From NCBI GenBank assembly GCA_008080735.1, contig SHMW01000005.1, forward strand, positions 1-64,000: DNA of 64,000 nucleotides. The letters run 5' to 3'. Positions 1 through 8,152 of the stretch are shown here, in pieces. How positions within the stretch are numbered: position 1 is the first letter of the stretch; each line of letters opens with the position of its first letter. A program made the translations under genes and the position numbers. This DNA comes from Promethearchaeota archaeon (lineage in GTDB: Archaea > Asgardarchaeota > Lokiarchaeia > Sigyniarchaeales > SOKP01). Below the pieces are notes generated by a model. It saw nothing but the letters and a program-made list of their open reading frames with translations. It searched no databases and had not been told where the DNA came from.

Positions 1-700
1 AGGAAATGTGCCTTGAAGCAGTGAGGCAAAATGGTTTGGCATTAGAGTATGTCAAACATCAAACCGAGGAAATTTGCCTAGAAGCAGTTAAGCAATATGG
101 TTTGGCGTTAATGTATGTCAAGGATCAAACCGAGGAAATTTGCCTGGAAGCAGTGAGGGAAAATGGTTGGGCATTAAAGTATGTTAAGAAGCAAACCCAG
201 GAAATTTGCCTAGAAGCAGTTAAGCAACATGGTTTGGCATTACAGCTTGTTAAGGATCAAACCGAGGAAATTTGCCTAGAAGCAGTGAGGCAAAATAGTT
301 GGGCATTGCAGTATGTTAAGGATCAAACCAAGGAAATTTGCCTGGAAGCAGTGAGGCAAAATGGTTTTGCATTGCGATGTGTTAAGAAGCAAACCGAGGA
401 AATTTGCCTAGAAGCAGTGAGGCAAAATGGTTTGGCATTACAGCTTGTTAAGGATCAAACCGAGGAAATTTGCCTAGAAGCAGTTAAGCAACATGGTTTG
501 GCGTTAATGTATGTCGAAGAGCAAACCAGGGAGATTTGCCTTGAAGCAGTGAGGCAAAATGGTTTGGTATTATGGCGTGTCCAGAATCAAACCGAGGAAA
601 TTTGCCTAGAAGCTGTCAAGCAAAATGGTTTGGCGTTAATGTATGTCAAGGATCAAACCGAGGAAATTTGCCTAGCCGCAATTGAACAAAACAAAAACGC
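1..700 (+). repeat. 66-bp coding tandem repeat array
   Basis: caaaccgaggaaatttgcctagaagcagt-like core recurs every 66 nt (60, 126, 192, 258 ...). Confidence 0.95.
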
Positions 701-734
701 TCTGAAACATGTCGACCGTCGATTTTTCGAATAA
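6..734 (+). CDS. DUF4116-like tandem-repeat protein (about 11 x 22-aa repeats); 5' end probably lies upstream of the window
   Basis: Repeat QTEEICLEAV[RK]QNGLAL.YVK. Frame is open from the window edge and the ATG at 6 occupies the Ile position of a repeat. Confidence 0.8.
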   Translation: MCLEAVRQNGLALEYVKHQTEEICLEAVKQYGLALMYVKDQTEEICLEAVRENGWALKYVKKQTQEICLEAVKQHGLALQLVKDQTEEICLEAVRQNSWALQYVKDQTKEICLEAVRQNGFALRCVKKQTEEICLEAVRQNGLALQLVKDQTEEICLEAVKQHGLALMYVEEQTREICLEAVRQNGLVLWRVQNQTEEICLEAVKQNGLALMYVKDQTEEICLAAIEQNKNALKHVDRRFFE

Positions 735-750
735 AAACAAGGAGATCGCT

Positions 751-948
751 ATGAATAATAATGATTTATATATCATGAAAAATACTAAAGATGAATTCTT
801 TTTAGTTGACAAAAGAAATATGAAAATAATAACACCACTTTATTGTTGTAAAAATTTTGAAGAAGCTGTAAAACTTTCTAATAGTTTGGGAATCTATCCT
901 TCATTAAATGTTAGTAAAACAAAAGATGGAAGAATAATAAAAGAATAA
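751..948 (+). CDS. hypothetical protein
   Basis: ORF with GGAG upstream of ATG 751. Confidence 0.6.
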   Translation: MNNNDLYIMKNTKDEFFLVDKRNMKIITPLYCCKNFEEAVKLSNSLGIYPSLNVSKTKDGRIIKE

Positions 949-954
949 TTATAT

Positions 955-1078
955 ATCCTCGTGGTGTAATAGGTGTTGATACCAGAACAGTTTCGGGTAA
1001 TGCCGCATGTTTCTGCGATTGAAACTTAGCACATTCGTTACAAAACGAAAGATTTAGGTTCGAATCCTAACGAGGATA
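955..1078 (+). ncRNA. tRNA-like RNA 1 with ~52-nt structured D-loop insertion and 6-nt anticodon loop
   Basis: Acceptor ATCCTCG/CGAGGAT; D-stem GTGT/GCAC; anticodon stem TTCGT/ACGAA with loop TACAAA; T-arm TTAGG-TTCGAAT-CCTAA; insertion ~975-1026. Confidence 0.8.
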
Positions 1079-1086
1079 TTCTCTAC

Positions 1087-1232
1087 GTCGCTATAGTTTA
1101 ATAGGATAAAATGAAGCAGTATAGACTTGGTAGTTCAAATATTAGAAACGGGCTATCTCTCTGTACACATTGGTTTTATTTTAAAACATCACAACAATTG
1201 TGAAGATATAGGTTCGAATCCTATTAGCGACA
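1087..1232 (+). ncRNA. tRNA-like RNA 2 with ~76-nt hairpin D-loop insertion and 5-nt anticodon loop
   Basis: Acceptor GTCGCTA/TAGCGAC; D-stem GTTT/AAAC; anticodon stem TCACA/TGTGA with loop ACAAT; T-arm ATAGG-TTCGAAT-CCTAT; insertion ~1106-1181. Confidence 0.8.
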
Positions 1233-1255
1233 TTATAAATATTGGAGTGAGGTTT

Positions 1256-1678
1256 ATGTTTAATAGTCAACTAAGAGTTTATCGTATATTTTTTAAACCA
1301 GTTAATTTAAAATTAATTAAAGATCATAATATAAATGTAAAATTGTTTGTGCCTATTTGTTTGGGTTACTGGAATGTATATAGAAAAATGTTTGTTGAAC
1401 CAAATTTGCGTAGAATATTTTTATTTACTGATAATAATCAATCTACGCCAAAGATGCATTGTCTGAACACAGAATTCCCAATAAGATTTATATTATTAAC
1501 AAACAAAAGATCTGCCCTAGGAACACTTGCTAACTGGAACCATTCATGTGAACGAATAGACCATAGAATTTCTAATCATGTTAGACATATTAATATATCT
1601 ACAATAAACACAACCAATACAATTGATAATTTTGTTAGTAAAAAAACTATGGAATGGCTAACTTTTACAGATCTATAG
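1256..1678 (+). CDS. hypothetical protein
   Basis: GGAGTGAGG precedes ATG 1256; the longer 1127 start overlaps the tRNA-like RNA. Confidence 0.6.
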   Translation: MFNSQLRVYRIFFKPVNLKLIKDHNINVKLFVPICLGYWNVYRKMFVEPNLRRIFLFTDNNQSTPKMHCLNTEFPIRFILLTNKRSALGTLANWNHSCERIDHRISNHVRHINISTINTTNTIDNFVSKKTMEWLTFTDL

Positions 1679-1751
1679 GTTTAAATATTATACATAGGAA
1701 TAAAAATGTCTGAATTAAAGACTTACGAAAAAGAATAAAGGAAATATTAAT

Positions 1752-2231
1752 ATGAAAATTACAAAAAATGATCCAACATTAATTATAGTTTTACTTTCTT
1801 TAGCATGGATCGTAACTTTAGTTTTCTTTTTTGCAGAAGTAAAAAATAGAAAAGAAAAAGAAAGTATAGAACCTGCTAAAGTTAGTATTACCGTTACTAA
1901 AAGACCGGTGATTAAAAGAAAACCGATACGAATAAATAAATCAAATATAAATTACAGTACTATAAATGTCAATAAAGTCGGCGATTGGACACATGTTACA
2001 GTTAAAGCTACTAATAACACAAGATATACTTTGACAAGTTTACTTGTTGGCTGTGTGTTACATGATAAATATAACAAACCAAGTGCATATGAAGAATATG
2101 ATATTTTAATTAATAAAGATGGATTGTTACCAAGACAATCTGTTTACCATGAATTTTTGTTTAACAATACTAAGAATGTAGACACAACTGGTTTTATTAA
2201 ATATATAACTAACAATACTAGTATTAGATGA
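1752..2231 (+). CDS. membrane-anchored protein with FxLYD-like Ig-type domain
   Basis: N-terminal TM helix; TVKATNNT..L..VGCVLHDK..LLPRQS pattern. Confidence 0.55.
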   Translation: MKITKNDPTLIIVLLSLAWIVTLVFFFAEVKNRKEKESIEPAKVSITVTKRPVIKRKPIRINKSNINYSTINVNKVGDWTHVTVKATNNTRYTLTSLLVGCVLHDKYNKPSAYEEYDILINKDGLLPRQSVYHEFLFNNTKNVDTTGFIKYITNNTSIR

Positions 2232-2860
2232 TTACCTGTAATAGAAAAATTATTCCCAAATATGGTAAATTGTTTATTGGATGTAGTGCCGGGTTGGATA
2301 GTATATCTGTAGCACATTTCGCTAAGTATGTGTTAAAAAGAGACTTATGTTTATTACATTTTAACCATAAGCTACGTAGTCAAAACGATTTGATGGAACA
2401 GCGATGCGTTGAATTTGCTAAACATTTAAATGTTGATATTGAAATTCACCAACGAACAGAAAGCATAAATGCAAAAGATAGTTTAGAAGCTCAGTGTAGA
2501 GAATGGCGTTTGAAGTTTTTTAAAAATTTTGACAATGTTATTTTGGCACATCATCTTAATGATTGTGTTGAACAGTATTTGATTAACTGTTTAAAGGGTT
2601 GTCAATACAAGAACATTATTAATAGTGTTCAGAATTTTGGAAAACTAAATATTATTCGTCCGTTTCTACAAACCAAGAAGTTATCATTTCATAAATATAT
2701 TCTTAAAAATAATCTATCAAAATTTGTTGTTGAAGATGAAACTAATAAAAATAATAGACATTTCCGTAATTGGATTAGAAATGAAATAATAACCACAATC
2801 AATCAACGTAATTATGGTATTGAAAAGGTTGTTTTAAAGAAGATTATAGGTACTACATGA
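2228..2860 (+). CDS. tilS: tRNA(Ile)-lysidine synthetase, catalytic PP-loop domain only
   Basis: SAGLDS PP-loop, HFNHKLR, AHHLND, IRPFL, EDETN, RNWIR motifs. Confidence 0.85.
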   Translation: MITCNRKIIPKYGKLFIGCSAGLDSISVAHFAKYVLKRDLCLLHFNHKLRSQNDLMEQRCVEFAKHLNVDIEIHQRTESINAKDSLEAQCREWRLKFFKNFDNVILAHHLNDCVEQYLINCLKGCQYKNIINSVQNFGKLNIIRPFLQTKKLSFHKYILKNNLSKFVVEDETNKNNRHFRNWIRNEIITTINQRNYGIEKVVLKKIIGTT

Positions 2861-3189
2861 GACATCTTTCATTTTCTGATAACTGTTGTACAGTTGGATG
2901 GACATCAATTCACGCTTCAATGTCGTATGAAGATATGAAAGATTTGCTATCCAAATGTCCAAAAGGAAGATTTTCCAATACCTTTTTTTGTCGCACTTCC
3001 ATCTATACTATTGAACAATATGCTGAATATTTAAATGAACGTTGTTGCCACGGAACACACAACGATGTGCCAGAGCTTCCTTTTTATTTTACCTTCCCTT
3101 TGGACGATGACGGAATACGCTTACTACGCAACTTTGGCTATACGCCAGAACGCAGTAGATATTGGCATGAAAGGATTTGTATCAAATGA
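2857..3189 (+). CDS. hypothetical protein
   Basis: ORF with ATGA overlap. Confidence 0.55.
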   Translation: MRHLSFSDNCCTVGWTSIHASMSYEDMKDLLSKCPKGRFSNTFFCRTSIYTIEQYAEYLNERCCHGTHNDVPELPFYFTFPLDDDGIRLLRNFGYTPERSRYWHERICIK

Positions 3190-3506
3190 TTGTACAGGTA
3201 TTTCCAGGTATAAATTGTTGGTTGTCTAGACTTAGGATGCCAGAAGATCGTAATCGTAATTGGTATTTTGCGTTATTTCATGATAGTAAAAGATCATTCT
3301 ACTATGGCCCATTGCAAGCTGTGGGTACAACGAAGCCACTATTTAAATGTAAATCTTATAGAGAGATGATGTCCATATTGAAGACAGATATGAATATGGA
3401 TTTGATTAAATTATATAATGATAATAAAATAGAAAATGTTGAGAACCGTTACACCGAAGGTTCTGTGTTTTTTAAAGCAAGAGGATATGTCCCTGTAGTT
3501 CAATAG
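3186..3506 (+). CDS. hypothetical protein, paralog of 3571..3882
   Basis: Shared SYRE...LK..M...LIK motif; stop codon lies inside tRNA-Arg. Confidence 0.55.
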   Translation: MIVQVFPGINCWLSRLRMPEDRNRNWYFALFHDSKRSFYYGPLQAVGTTKPLFKCKSYREMMSILKTDMNMDLIKLYNDNKIENVENRYTEGSVFFKARGYVPVVQ

Positions 3507-3562
3507 GATAGAACAGCGGACTTCTAATCCGCAGGTTGTAGGTTCGAGTCCTACCAGGGATA
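3489..3562 (+). tRNA. tRNA-Arg(UCU)
   Basis: GTCCCTG/CAGGGAT acceptor; GCGGA-CTTCTAA-TCCGC anticodon arm; GGTTCGAGTCC T-arm; no encoded CCA. Confidence 0.95.
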
Positions 3563-3570
3563 TTAAAAAA

Positions 3571-3882
3571 ATGAAAATAACAAAATTGGCGATTTGTGAA
3601 CGAAGTGGTCCAACAAAAAGCTATAAAGTTTTTATATATAATAATGCAAGATTTTTTTATTTATGTTCCAATCTTCGTTTTTATTGCGACAATTTTTTAG
3701 CTCTAAATACTGATCGTACTCATCAGCAGTTAAATTTTAACTCTTATAGAGAAGCAATTGGTGTTTTAAAATCTGTTATGGGATTAAAGTTAATAAAGAT
3801 ACTAGATGGTGATTTTTATAAACGATTCTTAATTAAGAACGAAAATGTGTTAGAACGATATGTATCTACAAAGGTATACTAG
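3571..3882 (+). CDS. hypothetical protein, paralog of 3186..3506
   Basis: SYREAIGVLKSVMGLKLIK motif. Confidence 0.55.
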   Translation: MKITKLAICERSGPTKSYKVFIYNNARFFYLCSNLRFYCDNFLALNTDRTHQQLNFNSYREAIGVLKSVMGLKLIKILDGDFYKRFLIKNENVLERYVSTKVY

Positions 3883-3884
3883 TA

Positions 3885-4577
3885 ATGATATGGTTTACAT
3901 CAGACACACATTTTGGTCATAAAAATACTATAAAATTCTGTCGATCACGAAATTGTTTTATGACTAGCGAAGAAACAGAATTATGGAATCAATCGGGGAA
4001 AGATATTTCCACTCCGATATCATCTCAATCAATCCATAACATGAACAAAACTATTATAGATAACATAAATAATTGTGTTAAATATGATGATATTTTATTT
4101 ATATTGGGTGATTTTTGTTTTCCTTCATCAAAATGTAAAATATATACAAATCAAATAAATTGTAAAGACATAAGATTGGTTCTTGGAAACCATGACAACC
4201 TTTCGCAAATTAAACCACTATTCGATCTTCATCCCGCGTTTACCATAGTGTACAATCCAATACAGATATTTATTCATAAGTATGAAGAAAATATGGTACT
4301 GGATATCTATAACATTAGTTATAATAATAAAATAAAATCAAGGTTCTATAAGAATATTAAGAACTGGCAAGGATTTTATTTAAGTCATTATCCACACATT
4401 TCTTGGCCTAGAAGTGACCGTGGTAATATCCATCTTCACGGCCACTCCCACGGAAATCTGGAAGAATGGAAAAAAGAACACATGCCTGATAACCATCGCA
4501 ATATTATTGATGTAGGTGTTGATGTGCAAAATCTCAAGCCTATAAGTTACAACGAGATTAAGGATAGACAACAATGA
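3885..4577 (+). CDS. calcineurin-like metallophosphoesterase
   Basis: SDTHFGH, LGDF, GNHD, HGHSH, DVGVD motifs. Confidence 0.9.
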   Translation: MIWFTSDTHFGHKNTIKFCRSRNCFMTSEETELWNQSGKDISTPISSQSIHNMNKTIIDNINNCVKYDDILFILGDFCFPSSKCKIYTNQINCKDIRLVLGNHDNLSQIKPLFDLHPAFTIVYNPIQIFIHKYEENMVLDIYNISYNNKIKSRFYKNIKNWQGFYLSHYPHISWPRSDRGNIHLHGHSHGNLEEWKKEHMPDNHRNIIDVGVDVQNLKPISYNEIKDRQQ

Positions 4578-4741
4578 TACGGCTTGCGATTGTGATACTA
4601 ATAATAGCTATTTGTATATTGTTGATTGATTTTGATTGCGAAAATTTTAGTTATAAAAACTTTAGAAAGAAAACTAAGAAAAGTAAAGTAACAGGTAAAA
4701 CAAAAAAATATAGGTATACTAAATTCAGGTGGAAAAAATGA
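4574..4741 (+). CDS. small membrane protein with basic tail (55 aa)
   Basis: MIRLAIVILIIAICILLID...KFRWKK read from sequence; ATGA overlaps at both ends. Confidence 0.5.
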   Translation: MIRLAIVILIIAICILLIDFDCENFSYKNFRKKTKKSKVTGKTKKYRYTKFRWKK

Positions 4742-4974
4742 CATATGTAATTGTGAGTAGCTTTTTATTGGGTATGACAACTCTTATGGTTAGCTTAGCC
4801 ATAGCACTATTGATAGGACATAATATCATTTGTAGTAGATTCTTTGTTACAATGTTTATACATTTAAGTATTGTGACAATTAGTGTGTCTATTGTTTGTA
4901 TTTTTATTGGCTTAGTTGCTATCTTAGCCCTTTGTGCGAATTATCTAGCTCAATTATTACTTGATTATATATAA
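4738..4974 (+). CDS. small two-TM membrane protein
   Basis: Almost wholly hydrophobic ORF. Confidence 0.55.
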   Translation: MTYVIVSSFLLGMTTLMVSLAIALLIGHNIICSRFFVTMFIHLSIVTISVSIVCIFIGLVAILALCANYLAQLLLDYI

Positions 4975-4976
4975 TT

Positions 4977-5336
4977 ATGTCAACAAAAAATGATAAATAT
5001 AGATTTATAATAACCATTCATACTATGGAAGATGGAAGAAGTATGAAAATGTTTGTTCCAGACGATGAACAAATGTTGTCTACTAAATCTGTCTTATATT
5101 ATATAGAAAATAATTTAATATTAGAGAATGGAGATCTAGTTAGAATTGTTGATATCAATAGTACAGTATATCACAATTATATATATCGTGTTAGTAAAAA
5201 TAATGAAGATGTATACTTAGCGTCGATAGATGATGCTACTTATGAGTTTTGGATAGAGTATATGGCTGGTAGTGAGTTAAGATTTCTTCCAGCTACATCG
5301 GCATTTACCAAGTTTCAAAACTTAAGGAAAGTCTAA
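4977..5336 (+). CDS. hypothetical protein
   Basis: ORF in operon-like run. Confidence 0.6.
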   Translation: MSTKNDKYRFIITIHTMEDGRSMKMFVPDDEQMLSTKSVLYYIENNLILENGDLVRIVDINSTVYHNYIYRVSKNNEDVYLASIDDATYEFWIEYMAGSELRFLPATSAFTKFQNLRKV

Positions 5337-5668
5337 TGTTGATAACAAAATTAAAAAATGGTGATAGAATAAAAATTAAATTTGATTATTATCAAGAAAT
5401 AGGCCGTAATAAATGGCAACTTGGCTTATATTCAGTAGATCCATATCAAAGAATTAAAACATTATGTAGAATATATACAAAAACTTCTAATGGAAATGAA
5501 CTAATGCTTGGTGGTGGATGGGCTATAAAATGTCCATATGATACTAATATTAATAAGAATATTGGCAGAAAAATCGCACTTAAACGAGCTTTGAAGAATT
5601 GTAAGGATTTAAACAAAAATACCTGCAAACAAATATGGGAAACATACTTTGCAACCCACAGACAATAG
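5336..5668 (+). CDS. conserved phage hypothetical protein
   Basis: C..D..NKNIGRKIALKRA motif typical of a small phage family. Confidence 0.6.
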   Translation: MLITKLKNGDRIKIKFDYYQEIGRNKWQLGLYSVDPYQRIKTLCRIYTKTSNGNELMLGGGWAIKCPYDTNINKNIGRKIALKRALKNCKDLNKNTCKQIWETYFATHRQ

Positions 5669-5921
5669 TTTTTTAGAAAATACTATTATAACAGCTTTAG
5701 CTGAAGTTTTAGATATAGACGAAAACTTTATATCGCCATGCGATACTTTGAAATCTTGTGGTATAGAGCAAGAAAATTATGGTGATATATGTGATTTTAT
5801 GGAAATATTAGAAGATGTATTAGGAATTAATTTAGGTAATAATATTTTTGATACAGACAAAACTATCGAAACAATAGCAAAGGAAATACTAAATGATAAA
5901 AAAATGTTCAATATACAGTAA
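5649..5921 (+). CDS. acyl-carrier-protein-like acidic protein lacking the phosphopantetheine Ser
   Basis: LAEVLDIDENFISP.DTLKSCGI...DFMEILEDVLGINL follows the ACP pattern but has no DSL. Confidence 0.5.
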   Translation: MQPTDNSFLENTIITALAEVLDIDENFISPCDTLKSCGIEQENYGDICDFMEILEDVLGINLGNNIFDTDKTIETIAKEILNDKKMFNIQ

Positions 5922-6108
5922 TAGTCCACCTAAAAAGACTTTTTTAGAATCATTAAAAGAAGGAGAAACTAATACCAGAAAAGTATTAATTGGAGATTTG
6001 TTTAGAAATAAAGGCGTTGTTTGTGGCATTGACCTAAAAAACAAAGTGATTAAAATTAGATCATTAAATGGAAAAGTTATCTATGAAAAATTTGAATCCA
6101 AAGCGTAA
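5893..6108 (+). CDS. hypothetical protein
   Basis: ORF. Confidence 0.45.
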   Translation: MIKKCSIYSNSPPKKTFLESLKEGETNTRKVLIGDLFRNKGVVCGIDLKNKVIKIRSLNGKVIYEKFESKA

Positions 6109-6289
6109 TTTCTCTAATAAAAATCAACGAGTATCTGTCAGAACAGAAAACACGTTTATATCTGTTGGGTTTATCGATTGGGAAACAACAGATTCAATAT
6201 GTGTTAAGTATTGTGTGAATGCAGAAAAGAACAAATGGAAATCAGAAAGTTTTAAGAAATCTGATTGCGAAATTCACAAAATGAGATAA
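6083..6289 (+). CDS. hypothetical protein
   Basis: ORF. Confidence 0.5.
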   Translation: MKNLNPKRNFSNKNQRVSVRTENTFISVGFIDWETTDSICVKYCVNAEKNKWKSESFKKSDCEIHKMR

Positions 6290-6291
6290 TA

Positions 6292-6870
6292 ATGAAATCT
6301 TTACACCTAACTATTAGCAAAAATATTAGTGTTAAATACAACAAACATGGTACTGGACGAAATTTTATCATGTTTTTGCATGGTGCCGGTGTATGGTCAA
6401 ATGTAGAAGAATATCTACAAAATTCACACAGTATATTTGGACCAAAATGGTATAAAAAATATACTATATTATTTCCATTATGTAAAGAAAATCAGTTTTG
6501 GGATAACGATGAATTATCTGTGTTATTAGATGAATTTGATATAGACAAAGTTAATCTGATAGGACATAGCTGGGGCGGTCGCGGAGTATGGATGTTTGCA
6601 TCTAGATACCCAAAACGCATAAAAACAATGGTTCCGATATCTGCTGTTGGGTGTAAAATAATAACGCCAAATATACATAAAATACCGTGTTATATAGCAC
6701 ATGGAATATATGACAAGGTTGTTGAGTTTCACCATGCGGTAGAAATGTATAGATTACTTTCATGCGATAACGTCACATTTCATGTTCTAAATCGCGATCA
6801 TTCAATATGCGATATTGTAATAAATCAAGAAGATAGACTGTTTAATTGGATGGAACTACGTAATGAGTAG
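6292..6870 (+). CDS. alpha/beta hydrolase (esterase/peptidase-like)
   Basis: FLHGAG, GHSWGG nucleophile elbow, HG.YD.VV, terminal His. Confidence 0.85.
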   Translation: MKSLHLTISKNISVKYNKHGTGRNFIMFLHGAGVWSNVEEYLQNSHSIFGPKWYKKYTILFPLCKENQFWDNDELSVLLDEFDIDKVNLIGHSWGGRGVWMFASRYPKRIKTMVPISAVGCKIITPNIHKIPCYIAHGIYDKVVEFHHAVEMYRLLSCDNVTFHVLNRDHSICDIVINQEDRLFNWMELRNE

Positions 6871-7099
6871 ATTAATACCTATATCTGTTAAACTAGAAGA
6901 CTTAGTATCTTCGATTTTCAAAAAGTATAAAACGCCGATAATTATAACGCCAATGATAAGTAATAACAATATTGTAAAAATTGAAATTAGATCTCCAAAA
7001 AAGATTGGAGATTCATTTGAATACCAGAAGTTGTCTTTTAGGTATTCAATAAACAAACAAATGGTTTATATACCCAGTGAATTATGCAATGCTGACTGA
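6863..7099 (+). CDS. hypothetical protein
   Basis: ORF. Confidence 0.5.
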   Translation: MSRLIPISVKLEDLVSSIFKKYKTPIIITPMISNNNIVKIEIRSPKKIGDSFEYQKLSFRYSINKQMVYIPSELCNAD

Positions 7100-7379
7100 T
7101 AAAATGTCATTATCTGTTTTGTTTAGAATTTTGTCTGAAAATGCGATAAAATTCTACATTGAGACGGCTGAATATGAAGGCAAAACTATATATTGCTTTT
7201 ATATGTTAAACAAACAATCTTTTGACAAAGAGGCAATAATATGTCTAAATGAACATTTTGAAAAATTTGTCTATTCTGACTACAATTTAATTGACAATCC
7301 TGTCTCTATTTATTATACGCCAGATACAAACAGTATTATTGGGTGTATTCCTTATTTATACAACATAATAATGGTATGA
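7089..7379 (+). CDS. hypothetical protein
   Basis: ORF. Confidence 0.5.
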   Translation: MLTDKMSLSVLFRILSENAIKFYIETAEYEGKTIYCFYMLNKQSFDKEAIICLNEHFEKFVYSDYNLIDNPVSIYYTPDTNSIIGCIPYLYNIIMV

Positions 7380-7386
7380 GGTTACT

Positions 7387-7794
7387 ATGGAACAAGAAGA
7401 AAGTAGTATATTTGTAAAGTTTTATCTGCGAGATAAACGATCTATTCTTGATAACGATGGTGTTAAATATTATGAAATAGAACCAAGTATTATTTGGGTT
7501 AGTCAAAATTATGTAGGTTGTTTATCAGCAGATATACAACGTGCGTATATAGACTGTGTGCCAAAAAATGGTCTAAAAGTTTATATAATATGCCTAATGG
7601 TTAAACGTAAATCAGAATCATTATATAACTACCCTATTGTAACCGATGTGGTTACGGACCAATTGGTGGTAGATAAAATAGTTAAAGAATTGGAAAAACC
7701 AAGTATTCAAAGAACATATATGTCGCATAAAAAACGAGATAAGTTTTTAGCTATCAAAGTTTTTGAAGGTTTCATAGATGACAGAAAGTTATGA
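7387..7794 (+). CDS. hypothetical protein
   Basis: ORF with GAGG upstream. Confidence 0.6.
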   Translation: MEQEESSIFVKFYLRDKRSILDNDGVKYYEIEPSIIWVSQNYVGCLSADIQRAYIDCVPKNGLKVYIICLMVKRKSESLYNYPIVTDVVTDQLVVDKIVKELEKPSIQRTYMSHKKRDKFLAIKVFEGFIDDRKL

Positions 7795-8152
7795 TAATAA
7801 AATACTTGTGATTGAAGATTCTGATCAAAGAATATCTTGGTTTAAATCTAAAGGTATTGGTAATAAGTTTTGTAAAAATGTTAATCATGGTTTGAAGGAG
7901 ATCAAAAAGAAATACAATATTGTATTTATGGATTTCAATTTAAAAAATAAGCGATCTAGTTATAAAATCGCAAAGTATATTTCTGAACACAAGGAGATGT
8001 TTCAAAATGTAAATATAATTATTCACTCTAACGATCCTAAAGGAAGAAATCTATTGTTTAACTTGTTAAAACATTTAAATGTAAAAATTGTTCCCTATAG
8101 AATTTTACGCAACTCGCTACACACCTTAACTGGAGATTTTTATAATGGCTAA
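7778..8152 (+). CDS. stand-alone receiver-like domain (cyclic-phosphate-processing REC type)
   Basis: ILVIED..R, VFMDFNL, IIIHSN..G motifs. Confidence 0.65.
   Translation: MTESYDNKILVIEDSDQRISWFKSKGIGNKFCKNVNHGLKEIKKKYNIVFMDFNLKNKRSSYKIAKYISEHKEMFQNVNIIIHSNDPKGRNLLFNLLKHLNVKIVPYRILRNSLHTLTGDFYNG

Noticed and set aside
1-700. Regularly spaced repeats resembling a CRISPR array
   Set aside because: Units are 66-bp in-frame coding repeats without unique spacers; the Cas4-like gene at 57641 is a stand-alone phage nuclease in the replication module.
1-734. Diversity-generating retroelement target
   Set aside because: No reverse transcriptase or template repeat in the window, and the variation is not restricted to adenines.
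955-1232. Ordinary intron-containing tRNAs (group I or bulge-helix-bulge introns)
   Set aside because: Inserts are far too short for group I introns, no clear BHB motif was seen, and removing them still leaves 5-6 nt anticodon loops, so no amino acid was assigned.
1127-1255. N-terminal extension of ORF 1127..1678
   Set aside because: It overlaps tRNA-like RNA 2, and a strong RBS precedes ATG 1256.
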